Shown here: positions 44,728-56,465 of the stretch, in pieces | Layout of the letters: each line of letters opens with the position of its first letter | How positions within the stretch are numbered: position 1 is the first letter of the stretch | Assembly: GCA_050251055.1 (NCBI GenBank) | Contig: JBFWNL010000001.1 | Location: 555,825-619,824 of the forward strand | From: Bacteriovoracia bacterium | Lineage (GTDB): Bacteria > Bdellovibrionota > UBA1018 > JBFWNL01 | DNA: 64,000 nucleotides | Direction: 5' to 3' | Notes under the pieces: generated by a model | Told to the model about the DNA's origin: nothing | Seen by the model: only the letters and a program-made list of their open reading frames with translations | Databases searched by the model: none | Made by a program: the position numbers and the translations under genes

Positions 44728-46529
44728 GCGTTTCCCTCCGGCCCCCGGGGCCGCCAGGCCTTCACGCGAAAGGTGGGCGTCACCCGTCCCATGAATCGAT
44801 TCAGCTCGGGCACCCCCGCCCACTCGGAAATACCCGCTTCGCGTTCAACTCGTTCAATCTGCTCCGCCGAATGAAACCAAATGGCTTCCATTGTTTTTCC
44901 CGAAGTGCCGGTGGAGTCCGCATTTAGCCGCATCTTCACGTGCCGCCCCTTCAAGAGCTGCTTGCTCTGCACGCTCGCGCGCACCCGGAAGACCGGTTCC
45001 GGATTACCGGGACCGAAGGGCGCGAGGGATTCGAGCTCCTCTAGAGTACGTGAATCGAAGTCGGAAAGCCCGCAATCGCCCTCCAACATAAGATCGGTGA
45101 GATTGCGCTCGGCTGGGAGCGCCCCGACAACCTCGTCGAAATGAAGGGCAAACTCCTCGAGTTTTTCGGGCGTCACGGTGAGTCCCGCGGCGAACTTGTG
45201 GCCACCGAAGCCCCGCAGGTCCGCGGCGCAGGCCTGTAAGGCCTGAAGCACGTTCTTACCGCCGAAGGAGCGCACGCTTCCCTTGCCGAAATCCTCCCGG
45301 ATGGCAATCACGATCGCAGGCTTGTGGTAAGCATCTACGACCCGAGAAGCCACGATACCCACCACGCCTTCGTGCCAGCCGGGATCCCCGACTACGACGG
45401 CATGCTGAAATCTTCCCTCGGCAAGGCCTCGATCCACGCGCGCCTTCACCTCGTCCCAAATGCGGTTTTGAATCTCCATACGCTCGGCGTTCACCCGCTC
45501 CAGGGTTTGCGCAAGCTCGATCCCCCGGGCGGAATCCCGCGTGGTCAGAGTCTCCAGGGCGATGCTCGCCGAACCAATGCGACCGGAAGCATTGATGCGC
45601 GGACCGAGCACGAAGCCTAAGTGTCCCGGGCTTAGAGTACGATTGGAAATGCCGGCCGCCTCCATCAAGGCACGGAAACCGGGTTTCTTGGAGTTTTGCA
45701 ATACCTTCAAGCCGTGATGCACGAGCGTGCGGTTGTCACCCGTCAGCGGAACCTGATCGGCCGCGGTGGCGAGCACCACCAAATCCAGATGTTGCTTTAG
45801 GTTTGGGGTCTGACCATCACCAAACCAACCCTGGTCGCGCCCGTGCGCGCGAATCGCCATGCAGAAATAGAAAGCCAGTCCGCACCCACAGAGCTGCCGC
45901 AAGCCGCTGGGGCAGTCGGCGCGCTGCGGATTGAGGACCGCGTGCGCGGCGGGCAGACCCCGAAGCGCGTCCACCTGATGGTGATCGACGACGATGAGAT
46001 CCACGCCCAGCTCGTTCGCCCGCGCGATGGCGTCAAAGCTCGTTATGCCGCAATCCACCGTCACCATCAAACGCACGCCATCCGCCGCCGCGGCTTCCAC
46101 CGCCCCGACGTTCAAGCCGTAGCCGTCCTTGAAGCGATCGGGCTGGGTGGCCGAGAAATTCAAACCCAGATCCCGAAAAAACCAGGTCAGCAGGGCCGCT
46201 GCCGTCGTGCCGTCTACGTCATAGTCCCCGTAAACCAGGATTTTTTCACCCGCCGCGCGCGCGCCGGCGATCCGGGCAACGGCCTTCTCCATGTCTTGGA
46301 TGCGAAACGGGTCGGTGAGGGTTTCGAGCGACGGATGTAGGTGGCTGCGAATGGCCACGGCGTCGGTCAGGCCACGCTGCAAACAAACCCGCAACGTGAT
46401 GGGGGAAAGGCCGGTTTCCCGCTCGAGCTCGGCGATGCGCGCGGAAAGGGCCGATTCGTCGCCCGGCCACTCCGAGCGAACCCGCCACGTCCGTTCCGCT
46501 CGAGGCGTTTCCCGAACAACGTCTGACAC
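44724..46529 (-). CDS. recJ: Single-stranded-DNA exonuclease RecJ
   Basis: YGDYDVDG, TVDCG, VDHH, GPRINASGR, HEGVVGIVA, GGHKFAAG, PFGPGNPEP. Confidence 0.97.
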   Translation of the reverse strand: MSDVVRETPRAERTWRVRSEWPGDESALSARIAELERETGLSPITLRVCLQRGLTDAVAIRSHLHPSLETLTDPFRIQDMEKAVARIAGARAAGEKILVYGDYDVDGTTAAALLTWFFRDLGLNFSATQPDRFKDGYGLNVGAVEAAAADGVRLMVTVDCGITSFDAIARANELGVDLIVVDHHQVDALRGLPAAHAVLNPQRADCPSGLRQLCGCGLAFYFCMAIRAHGRDQGWFGDGQTPNLKQHLDLVVLATAADQVPLTGDNRTLVHHGLKVLQNSKKPGFRALMEAAGISNRTLSPGHLGFVLGPRINASGRIGSASIALETLTTRDSARGIELAQTLERVNAERMEIQNRIWDEVKARVDRGLAEGRFQHAVVVGDPGWHEGVVGIVASRVVDAYHKPAIVIAIREDFGKGSVRSFGGKNVLQALQACAADLRGFGGHKFAAGLTVTPEKLEEFALHFDEVVGALPAERNLTDLMLEGDCGLSDFDSRTLEELESLAPFGPGNPEPVFRVRASVQSKQLLKGRHVKMRLNADSTGTSGKTMEAIWFHSAEQIERVEREAGISEWAGVPELNRFMGRVTPTFRVKAWRPRGPEGNA

Positions 46530-46561
46530 TGCTACCGCCCTTTTTTCCGGCTCACGCCGGC

Positions 46562-47557
46562 TTAGTTCTGGAACTTCGGCTCGCCGCGTACTTCGTAACG
46601 CTTGCGCTTGCCGCCGCTCATCTTCATCTTCTGGTCCCGCTTCTGCTGATACTTAGTCAGGGTGATCACCAACGCGCTGGCGATGAAAACTGATGAGTAA
46701 GCGCCCACCACAATCCCGACCATCAGACAGAAGGCGAAGTTCTCAAGCACGGATCCGCCAAACCACCAGAGCGCGGAAACCGTCAAGAACGTCGTGAGCG
46801 AAGTAACGATCGTGCGGCCTAGGGTTTCGTTGATGGCGCGATTGACGACTTGTTCGATCGTCATGTTCGGATGCTGATGCGTAGTCTCCCGCACGCGATC
46901 GAACACGATGATCGTGTCGTTGTTGGAATAACCGATCAACGCCAAGATCGCGGCCAAGATCGTCAGGTCGAACTGCTTACCCGTGAGGATGAAAACCAAG
47001 AGCGTGATCACGCTATCGTGAAAGAGCGCAATGACGGCGCCTGGCGCGTAACGCGTGTCAAAGCGGATCGCGACGTAAACCAGGATGGCCAGGAGCGCGT
47101 AGAACATGGCCAAGAAGCCTTTTTTGCGCAGCAGTCCCCCCGCTTGTGGCCCAACGACATCCACGCGCAATACCGAGCCATCGCCGAAGGTCTGCGTGAA
47201 GAGTCCCGTCAGTTGCTTGGAAACGGCGTCGAGCGCCTTTTCCTCGGCGGCCGCGTCGCCCGTTTCGGCGCCTTTGGCCTTCACGATGAATTCGTGCGCC
47301 GAAGGATCACCGACTTGTTGCACCTTTGGATCCACGATCCCGCTTTTCTCCAACAAGCCGCGCACCTTGCCGATGTCCCAATCCGCGTTCGTCTTCACCT
47401 GAACCTCCGCACCGCCCGTGAAGTCGATGCCGTAGTTCAAGCCCTTCGTGAAGAGCATGGCGAAGGCCGCGATCATGCCCACGGCCGAGATGCCGACCCA
47501 GATGTGTCGTTTGCCGACGAAGTCGAAGTTAGTACCCGGTTTAACGATATTAAACAT
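46562..47557 (-). CDS. secF: Protein translocase subunit SecF
   Basis: GIDFTGG, IGYSNNDTIIVFDRVRE, TLGRT. Confidence 0.97.
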   Translation of the reverse strand: MFNIVKPGTNFDFVGKRHIWVGISAVGMIAAFAMLFTKGLNYGIDFTGGAEVQVKTNADWDIGKVRGLLEKSGIVDPKVQQVGDPSAHEFIVKAKGAETGDAAAEEKALDAVSKQLTGLFTQTFGDGSVLRVDVVGPQAGGLLRKKGFLAMFYALLAILVYVAIRFDTRYAPGAVIALFHDSVITLLVFILTGKQFDLTILAAILALIGYSNNDTIIVFDRVRETTHQHPNMTIEQVVNRAINETLGRTIVTSLTTFLTVSALWWFGGSVLENFAFCLMVGIVVGAYSSVFIASALVITLTKYQQKRDQKMKMSGGKRKRYEVRGEPKFQN

Positions 47558-47565
47558 GCGTCCGC

Positions 47566-49299
47566 CTATATGCTCAATTGGGCCGAAGGCCGGCCTTCCA
47601 AACGTTTCAGATAAAGGTCGAAAAACACCTTACATACGAAGACCGCCGTGAACATCGTGGTCACGATACCGATGAGCATCGTGATGGCGAAGCCCTTGAT
47701 CGGGCCGGTGCCGAAGTTCAGCAGTACGAGCGCCGCGGCGGCGTTCGTCACGTTGGCGTCCAAGATGGTACGCAACGCTTTCTGGAAGCCCGCTTCCACG
47801 GCGCCGGCAATGGCCTTGCCGGCTCGCAGTTCCTCTCGAATACGCTCGTAGATGACGACGTTTGAATCCACGGCGATCCCCACCGTGAGCGCGATCCCCG
47901 CGATGCCCGGCAGGGTCAATGTCGCCTCCAGTCCCACCAACACGGCAAGGACGAAGATGATGTTCATGATCAGCGAAACCACCGCGATCACTCCGCTCAT
48001 CCGGTAATAAAAGATCGTGAAGAGAAACACCGCCAACACGCCGATAAGGCTCGCCATGCCGCCCAGACGGATGGAGTCCTGACCGAGCGACGGGCCGATT
48101 ACACGCTGCTCTAGAAACTCGAGCTGCGCCGGTAGCGCGCCCGCGCGCAGGACGATCGACAGGTCCTTGGCTTCCTTCATCAAGTCATTGCGATTCCCCC
48201 TGCCGAGGGTGATCTGGCCGCGACCTCCACCGATCTCCGTTTGGATGACCGGCGCGGAATGGATGATGTTATCGAGCACGATCGCCAGGCGTTCCTGGAT
48301 GTGCGCTTTCGTGAGCGCGCCGAAGAGCACGGCTCCGCGCGGATTGAGCGTGAAGCCCACCGACGGGGTGTTGTCATTCGGATCAAACTGCACCTGCGCG
48401 TCCTGAAGGTGCTCGCCGGTAACTTCCGCCTTATCGATCACGAGGTACGGCACCACGCTCAAGGTTTCGCCCGTCGGGGTCGTCTCGCGGGAAAACGCCA
48501 GCGAATCTCCCGCCGGAAGCTTGCCCTTGGCATACTCGTTCATTTTACGCGTGTAATCCGCGAAGCTCGCGGCCCCCTTGAAAGAGATCTTATGCTCGGT
48601 CTCGATTTGATTGATCAGCGCCATCAGCTGCGGCGGCGGCATGCGCTTATCGTCGACGATCTTGAACTCGAGCTTCGCCGTGCGGCCGATCAGGCCCTTG
48701 GCGCGCTCGACGTCCTTAACGCCCGGTAACTCGATGACGACGCGGTCGGTGCCCTGGCTCGCGATCGTGGGCTCGGAAACGCCGAATTCGTCAATACGGT
48801 TGCGGATCACTTCGATACTTTGATCGATCGTCTTTTCGCGCACGTCCGCGCGGTACTGGTGGCTTAAACCCAGCTCGAACTTGCCCTTCTCGTCCGCGGT
48901 AATCCGGAGGGTCCAAAATTCGTCTTTGAGAATCTGGTAAACGGCGTCGTGCTTGGCGCCGTCGTATTCGAAGGAAACGCGTGGGTCTTCCTTCTGTTCG
49001 GTGTCGCCTTCCTTCTTCAAGAAGGTTTGGAAATTTTTCGCGTCGACGTGTTTTTCGCGCAGACGGGTTTCGATGCCGTGGGCCTGGCGATCAACGACGT
49101 CTTTATAGACCTTGTTGAAGTCGACGCCCATCACCATGTAAAGGCCGCCCTGCAGATCGAGCCCCAAATTAATCTTCTGCTTGAAGAAGAATTTAGACTT
49201 CTCCACGTCCATGCTACTGAGCGTGGGATACACATAGAGCCCGGCCAAAGCCGTGCAAAGCACGAGGAAGAATGTCTTCCACCACCACGTCCGTTCCAT
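47566..49299 (-). CDS. secD: Protein translocase subunit SecD
   Basis: LGLDLQGG, RIDEFGVSEP, LRAGALP, GPSLG, VDSNVVIYERIRE, DANVT. Confidence 0.98.
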   Translation of the reverse strand: MERTWWWKTFFLVLCTALAGLYVYPTLSSMDVEKSKFFFKQKINLGLDLQGGLYMVMGVDFNKVYKDVVDRQAHGIETRLREKHVDAKNFQTFLKKEGDTEQKEDPRVSFEYDGAKHDAVYQILKDEFWTLRITADEKGKFELGLSHQYRADVREKTIDQSIEVIRNRIDEFGVSEPTIASQGTDRVVIELPGVKDVERAKGLIGRTAKLEFKIVDDKRMPPPQLMALINQIETEHKISFKGAASFADYTRKMNEYAKGKLPAGDSLAFSRETTPTGETLSVVPYLVIDKAEVTGEHLQDAQVQFDPNDNTPSVGFTLNPRGAVLFGALTKAHIQERLAIVLDNIIHSAPVIQTEIGGGRGQITLGRGNRNDLMKEAKDLSIVLRAGALPAQLEFLEQRVIGPSLGQDSIRLGGMASLIGVLAVFLFTIFYYRMSGVIAVVSLIMNIIFVLAVLVGLEATLTLPGIAGIALTVGIAVDSNVVIYERIREELRAGKAIAGAVEAGFQKALRTILDANVTNAAAALVLLNFGTGPIKGFAITMLIGIVTTMFTAVFVCKVFFDLYLKRLEGRPSAQLSI

Positions 49300-49325
49300 C
49301 GAAGAGTCCCCCTAGACCGTAAAGA

Positions 49326-50916
<1,591 letters not shown>

Positions 50917-50938
50917 CTATATGCCACGTTTCCCGGGC

Positions 50939-52048
50939 TTAAGGAAGGTAGTCGTAACCGATGGTTAAATGATGCCCCCGAACCGCCTGCAAAGCCGCCC
51001 CATTGAGCTGAATGCGATTCACGGGCGGAAGATAGGTATACCCATCGAGCGCGTCGTGGGCGACCGGCTGGCCGTCGATCTCGACCGTCAGCGTATCGTC
51101 GAGCGGAACGAAGCTCAGGGCGTACTGCTGATCCACGTGCGTAGAAAGGTCATCCCCCAGGGCCACGAGCGCGTCGGAGAAATCGCTAGCTACGTTGAAC
51201 GGCGTGCTCATCAGCTGGGCCGCCGCCAGTAGATAAATCTGTGGGTAAAGCAGGTTCACGCTCGGGTAAGTTTGGCCAGTGGGCGGTTGATTGAGGTTTA
51301 GCGCGAAATCGAAACGGTACGCCCCCGCACTCGCGCCCTTCACGCCTTGCACGCGCGCAAGCATGCGGTCGATACGCATTTGGGCGCTGTCGGCCGATGA
51401 ACCGGAATGAGTGGGCGCCCCGATGCACTCATCTTCGTCGGAGATCACCACGAGCGAAAGCATGGCGTCGTCGCGGATAAAACCCGCGTTCGCGCCGCCC
51501 GACCCCAATCGTTCGGGAGCCAGCGTTTCGTAAATGGATTGCAAACCTTGTTCGTAAGAAGATCCACTCGTACCCACCGCCACGTCGGCCGCAAATCGGC
51601 TCACCAGATTCGGCGTCGTGGGCGTGAGATAGCGGCTGTTAGACCGGGAGAGAAGCTTGCCGGGACCGGGATCCTGGTACCCCTGAAATGCGCCGCTCGT
51701 CGCGCTCCAGTAGCCGGCTTGGGACGTGGGCGTGACATCGGTCGTGACGATCCCGACGTGGAAGTCGAGGTCTTTCATTAGAAATCCGGAGATAAAATCC
51801 GCGAAGGTCGCCTGGAGCTGCGCCTGCTCATCGGCCATGGATCCCGAGTTATCCACGACGAAAAGGATATCGATCTTAGGTTGGGCAAGCGGAACGTCGT
51901 AGTGGTCCTCGCCCCGCAGCGCGCCGGTTTGATTCTGATTAGGCGTGGGGGTTCCGTTCGTTTGCGAACGGAAGGCCGAAAGCGGCTGGGTACAGCCTAG
52001 CCCGAAAAACAGAAGCAAGATTATGCTAAATCGATGGTGACCAACCAT
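50939..52048 (-). CDS. vWA-domain lipoprotein
   Basis: Lipobox GLGC, KIDILFVVDNSGSM MIDAS motif, VISDEDE. Confidence 0.85.
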   Translation of the reverse strand: MVGHHRFSIILLLFFGLGCTQPLSAFRSQTNGTPTPNQNQTGALRGEDHYDVPLAQPKIDILFVVDNSGSMADEQAQLQATFADFISGFLMKDLDFHVGIVTTDVTPTSQAGYWSATSGAFQGYQDPGPGKLLSRSNSRYLTPTTPNLVSRFAADVAVGTSGSSYEQGLQSIYETLAPERLGSGGANAGFIRDDAMLSLVVISDEDECIGAPTHSGSSADSAQMRIDRMLARVQGVKGASAGAYRFDFALNLNQPPTGQTYPSVNLLYPQIYLLAAAQLMSTPFNVASDFSDALVALGDDLSTHVDQQYALSFVPLDDTLTVEIDGQPVAHDALDGYTYLPPVNRIQLNGAALQAVRGHHLTIGYDYLP

Positions 52049-52207
52049 TTACTCGCCCTCACACTTCCCCTCTCTAGTGCAAGACGGAGGCCGCCGCGAA
52101 CCCGGCCAGAAAACGCCTAGAACACGACTCTCGGGGGCAGATCGAACAACCCGCCCCCAGGGTGTCAAATCTTTAGACGGTGTTTTCCGCGCAAAAACGC
52201 CGAAAAT

Positions 52208-52933
52208 TCAGCGGAAAAACGGATTTTGCCGCTTTTCGAAGCCGACCTTGCTCTCCGGCCCGTGACCGGGACAGACTCGCGTATCGTCATCGAGGGTGAA
52301 GATTCGGTCGCGGATTGAACTCAAAAGCTGCTCGTGATCACTGCCCCAGAAATCGGTGCGTCCGATGCTCCCACGAAAGAGCGAATCGCCGGAAAAAACC
52401 GATTCAATGGCACCCGCATGGGAATCTTCGTGCAAACGGATCGACACGCCCCCCGGGCTGTGTCCGGGCGTGTGCAGGACGGTAAGCTTAAGCTCCCCCA
52501 CGCGGAGCTCCTGGTTGTCTTCGAAGAACTCATCGATGGGGAGTGGTTCGCGAAAACCAAACGGCTGCGAGCTAAAGAGGGAATCAAGCCCCAGGAACTC
52601 CAGCTGGCGTTTTAAATTCGCGTAAAGAGGCTCGTCCCCACGGTGGAGCAGGATGCGCGCACCGACGGAGGCAGCCCCTCCCGGACCCGAATTAGGCGCC
52701 CAGCCTTCGCGCACACCGCGTGTGCCGTTGATGTGGTCGAAATGCGCGTGAGTGTGGAGCAGGTACTTGAGCTGGATCGGACGCCCAAGCTTCTGCTGCT
52801 CGGACTCCAAGAGTTGTAGGATTTTTTTGGGTTCGTCCCCGGGATCAACCAACGCCGCCTCGCCCGTCTTTTCACAGACGAGGAGGCGGCAGTTGCATTG
52901 AAATGAACCCACGACGACCGTACGATCAATCAT
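52208..52933 (-). CDS. MBL-fold metallo-hydrolase (glyoxalase II/YcbL-like)
   Basis: THAHFDH, HTPGHSPG, GDSLF..SIGRTD, PGHG, EKRQNPF. Confidence 0.93.
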   Translation of the reverse strand: MIDRTVVVGSFQCNCRLLVCEKTGEAALVDPGDEPKKILQLLESEQQKLGRPIQLKYLLHTHAHFDHINGTRGVREGWAPNSGPGGAASVGARILLHRGDEPLYANLKRQLEFLGLDSLFSSQPFGFREPLPIDEFFEDNQELRVGELKLTVLHTPGHSPGGVSIRLHEDSHAGAIESVFSGDSLFRGSIGRTDFWGSDHEQLLSSIRDRIFTLDDDTRVCPGHGPESKVGFEKRQNPFFR

Positions 52934-52945
52934 GGGAATGAATGA

Positions 52946-53428
52946 TTAAAGCGCGATGTTCGAGATCTTGCACGTGGTGTGCGCGGTCCACCGGCGAATC
53001 GGCGGCGTGCGGTGCGGGCCACCGTGGCCTGGGATCGTGTCATACGTCCACACCGTGGTGCAGAACGTAGTGAGCGTCGCGAGCTTGTCCAACTTGGTCT
53101 TTTCCTTATCGGAGCCAAAAACGTCCATCGTGTACGTGTTCTCTACGTCACCGTGTGGACCCTGCTTACGGTCGATCACGGCGGCTTTGCTCCACGTGAG
53201 CTTTTCGTAACCGGCCACGACTTGGCCGATCTGTCCCATGCCTTCGGGCGAGCCGTAATCTTCCGCCGCGCGCTCAATCAGCGTGCTCTTCCAAAGCTTG
53301 AGGTCTTGCTTTTTCAAGGCTTGGGCAGCGGTCATCGCCACGCCCTTCGGCGAGCTGTAATTCTTGCAGCCCGTCATGCCCATGCCTACGGTCAAGGCGA
53401 CGAGCGCCATCAAAACGTTACGTTTCAT
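52946..53428 (-). CDS. Hypothetical lipoprotein
   Basis: MKRNVLMALVALTVGMGMTGC lipobox with GGGGAG SD. Confidence 0.8.
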   Translation of the reverse strand: MKRNVLMALVALTVGMGMTGCKNYSSPKGVAMTAAQALKKQDLKLWKSTLIERAAEDYGSPEGMGQIGQVVAGYEKLTWSKAAVIDRKQGPHGDVENTYTMDVFGSDKEKTKLDKLATLTTFCTTVWTYDTIPGHGGPHRTPPIRRWTAHTTCKISNIAL

Positions 53429-53626
53429 TTTCTATCTCCCCTGATTCAGGTTTTGCCCTTATTCGAGCGCAACTTAGCAGAGGGACTCCCCGTTTGCACG
53501 GGGAATGTACTTCAGGTAATTCTTTTAACCAATTGAATTAATTGAGTTTTAAGTCAAACCTCAAGTGATTAATGAGCCCAGGCCGGCTCAGATAAAAGAC
53601 CGCGGCGAAAACGCCGATAAGGAGGC

Positions 53627-54472
53627 GTGAAGAAGCGACTCCTTTCTCGCCGCTCTCGTGCCCACGCCCTGGCTGGATTCTGCCTCGGGCTGCTTTTGCT
53701 TTCGGCGTCGCTCCAAGCCGCGCCTCCCCGTCCAGAGGGACTGGTGGCCTGCCTGCTCCAGGGTTTGAAAAAAGTTCGCGTCCTCGCCACCGACTTGGAA
53801 AGGAGCATGAAAGCCGTATTACAGGTTGCATGGGGAGAACCCGTGGCAACCGCCGACCTCGAGCGAATCTTGGCGGAAATTCCGGAGAGGGCCATTTCCC
53901 CCGATCTGCACATGGCTCACGCCCGAATCCAGACGGATATAAAGACGCCGACCCTCACGGTCCATTGGCACCGCGAACCCTACCTCGAAGGGCAAATCAA
54001 CTCTTGGACCCATGAAATCGAAATCCACACCCACGATACGAGCAGCATCGTGGAAAAATACGCCCACGAACGTTTCCACACGACCCAAAATGCACTCTCC
54101 CTCCAATTGGAGAAAAACCGGACGCCCGCGCAAAAACTAGAAGCCAAAATCCAGTTTGAGCGTGAAGCCTGTCAGTACCAAATCGACGTCATTCGCTATC
54201 TCCGAGCCCAAGGCCATGCCGTGACCGGAGAACTTGCCGATGCGGCGGATGCCCTGAAGGCGGGCAGACTGCTGGAAGATCCAGGGAATTTAAAAGCGGT
54301 CTCTTCGCTCGACGCCACCGTGCTCGGGTCTCAGCTCAGAGCGACGTCGATCCCATCCGAAGCCGGCCTGATCGAGGCCCTTCTCCAGGGCCGCGTATTC
54401 TACGAAAAGACTCCGGGCGGGTACCGCGCTTTCCATTTAGCCGATTACTACGCGCTTTACGCGAAGCCTTGA
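53627..54472 (+). CDS. Secreted hypothetical protein with HExxH zincin motif
   Basis: AAGGAGG SD before GTG, signal peptide, YAHERFH with downstream FEREA. Confidence 0.7.
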   Translation: MKKRLLSRRSRAHALAGFCLGLLLLSASLQAAPPRPEGLVACLLQGLKKVRVLATDLERSMKAVLQVAWGEPVATADLERILAEIPERAISPDLHMAHARIQTDIKTPTLTVHWHREPYLEGQINSWTHEIEIHTHDTSSIVEKYAHERFHTTQNALSLQLEKNRTPAQKLEAKIQFEREACQYQIDVIRYLRAQGHAVTGELADAADALKAGRLLEDPGNLKAVSSLDATVLGSQLRATSIPSEAGLIEALLQGRVFYEKTPGGYRAFHLADYYALYAKP

Positions 54473-54485
54473 TACCATCCGTCTC

Positions 54486-56453
54486 TTATTCGGGATTTTT
54501 GTCCATCAGGAGCGCGAGATACCGGTCCTTATTGGAGCAGTTGTCGGTCATCGGCGCCTTCAAGGAGCCGAGCTCGTCTTCCCAGATCTCGCTCGAGCCA
54601 TCGGCCAAGGTCGGCGCGTTACCCCAGTTGTAGACTTCGCTGGAACGGGCACTTTCGGCCTCTTTCTTCAGCTTCGTCACGTATTCCTTGTACTCGGGGT
54701 GGGCGTCGATCCACACGATGTCCTGGCTCGCGCCATTGTAAATGTCGATCTGGATCAGGTAGGCCTTCTCCGCCATCTCGCCCAGGCGCTTGAGCATGAC
54801 TAGGTTACGATATTGGAACTCGGCATTCATGCGCGCGATCAGCCGCGTTTCGGTCTTGCCGCTGTTCGTGTCATACCAAAACTGCATCTTGCCGAGCATG
54901 CGGCCGGCCATGCGGGTCATCTCCAAGCGGACCTTCTTCTTCTTCAGATTCGAGGTCATGAGCTGCATTTCCTGGAGCGTCGACTGCGGAATGATCTTCT
55001 TCGCCGCCTTGATCGCCTTGGCGTCCTTAATCTTATCGTTGAGATCGGCGGTCATCTGCTTGATCTCCGCCTGGATCTGATCCATTTCCTCGGCGTGCAT
55101 CTTGAAGACCTTTTCCATGCCGGCCTTTTCATCATGCAACAGGTTCACTTCCTGCTGGTGCGAGAGGAAAACCGACGACTGCAGCCACTCGCTCGCCACC
55201 GCCGTCGGCGTGCTGGACTTCCCCTTCTCGATATGCTCGAGAAGCAGCGCATGTAGGTTCTGGTTCGCGCCGGACTTTTTGCGGTCCAGCCACTTCTTCA
55301 GCCAAACGTAGGCGGGCTTATAGGAGCGGTGGAAGTATTTCAAGGCGCGCAACGACGAAGGATATTGGCAAAGCTCGTTGAAGGCCATGGCCAGGATGAT
55401 CGCGCCTTCGGGCGTGAACGTATTGCGAAATCCCCCGCTCTGCAGGTTCATCCCCACACCGATCGATTCCTCGATCTTATTGGCCATGAGATCCACCCAG
55501 GCGAGCTCGGGGAGCACGCGGGCCATATGATTGGAATCCTTATTCACCTGGTTGAGCACGTCGCCGGCCTTCACGTATTCGTGGCGATGATAGAGTGCCC
55601 GCGCGAGCGTTAAGCGAGCCGGGTCGCGATAGCGCTCGAGATCGAAGGGCAACTTCTTCTCGGCGACGAACTTATCGAGCGGCGCGACTGCTTCGTCAAA
55701 GCGTCCGTCCATGGCGGCCGTGAGTCCTTGGCTCAAGTGCAGGTACGGGCCGCCGTCTTTCAAATGAGCCAGCACGGACTGGATCTCGTTTGTCGAGGCG
55801 CGCTCGGCAATCTGCGTTTGGGCCACGATGGCGGCTGCCTCTAGCACGATCGAGCGTTGCGAATCGCTCCAAGACTTCCTCTGGTACTTAGCGATGAAAT
55901 CCTTGAGCTTCTCGCGCACGATCGGGGCCGGATAAAGGGTCGTGAACTTGAAAAAAATGCGGTTTAGGCAACCCAGGGCCGCGACCTGGATGCCGATATT
56001 TTCCTTCGTCGTGGGCTGCGCGACGATTCGCGAGAACCCGTCGTTGGCGAAGTGGAACATCGAAACATCATAGAGCGAACGGAATTTCCAATAGAGCGCA
56101 AGGGCGAGCGTCTCCTCCGTCTTCGCGGCCTCCCGCACGCCGGAGCTTTCGGCGATGGCCTGGATCTTCGTCGCCTTGCCGGCCAGGAAATCCTCGAAGC
56201 GGGTACGAATCGCCGAGGGAATCTTCGCGGTGAAAACCCATTTTTCCTGGGGCGTGCAGGCGCCTTCCGCGTAGGTCAGCGGCCCTACGGGGCGCTTGTC
56301 TTTAGCCGTGGCCGATGGAACCGCGGGCGTCACCGACGCCGGGCCTTTCGCCCCACGTTTCGGCGCGGCCACCGCTCCCGCGGTGGACCAAGCGAGGGCG
56401 ACGATGATCGCCCCGATGATGCTCTTCTGTTTGATGTCCCTACGCCAAAACAT
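54486..56453 (-). CDS. Exported TPR-like protein, gliding-complex GltC-like
   Basis: Signal peptide, helical repeats (LTLARALY, LPELAW, PEGAIILA..ELCQY), C-terminal EIWEDELG motif, last gene of a glt-like operon. Confidence 0.7.
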   Translation of the reverse strand: MFWRRDIKQKSIIGAIIVALAWSTAGAVAAPKRGAKGPASVTPAVPSATAKDKRPVGPLTYAEGACTPQEKWVFTAKIPSAIRTRFEDFLAGKATKIQAIAESSGVREAAKTEETLALALYWKFRSLYDVSMFHFANDGFSRIVAQPTTKENIGIQVAALGCLNRIFFKFTTLYPAPIVREKLKDFIAKYQRKSWSDSQRSIVLEAAAIVAQTQIAERASTNEIQSVLAHLKDGGPYLHLSQGLTAAMDGRFDEAVAPLDKFVAEKKLPFDLERYRDPARLTLARALYHRHEYVKAGDVLNQVNKDSNHMARVLPELAWVDLMANKIEESIGVGMNLQSGGFRNTFTPEGAIILAMAFNELCQYPSSLRALKYFHRSYKPAYVWLKKWLDRKKSGANQNLHALLLEHIEKGKSSTPTAVASEWLQSSVFLSHQQEVNLLHDEKAGMEKVFKMHAEEMDQIQAEIKQMTADLNDKIKDAKAIKAAKKIIPQSTLQEMQLMTSNLKKKKVRLEMTRMAGRMLGKMQFWYDTNSGKTETRLIARMNAEFQYRNLVMLKRLGEMAEKAYLIQIDIYNGASQDIVWIDAHPEYKEYVTKLKKEAESARSSEVYNWGNAPTLADGSSEIWEDELGSLKAPMTDNCSNKDRYLALLMDKNPE

Positions 56454-56465
56454 TGTCGGTCTCCG

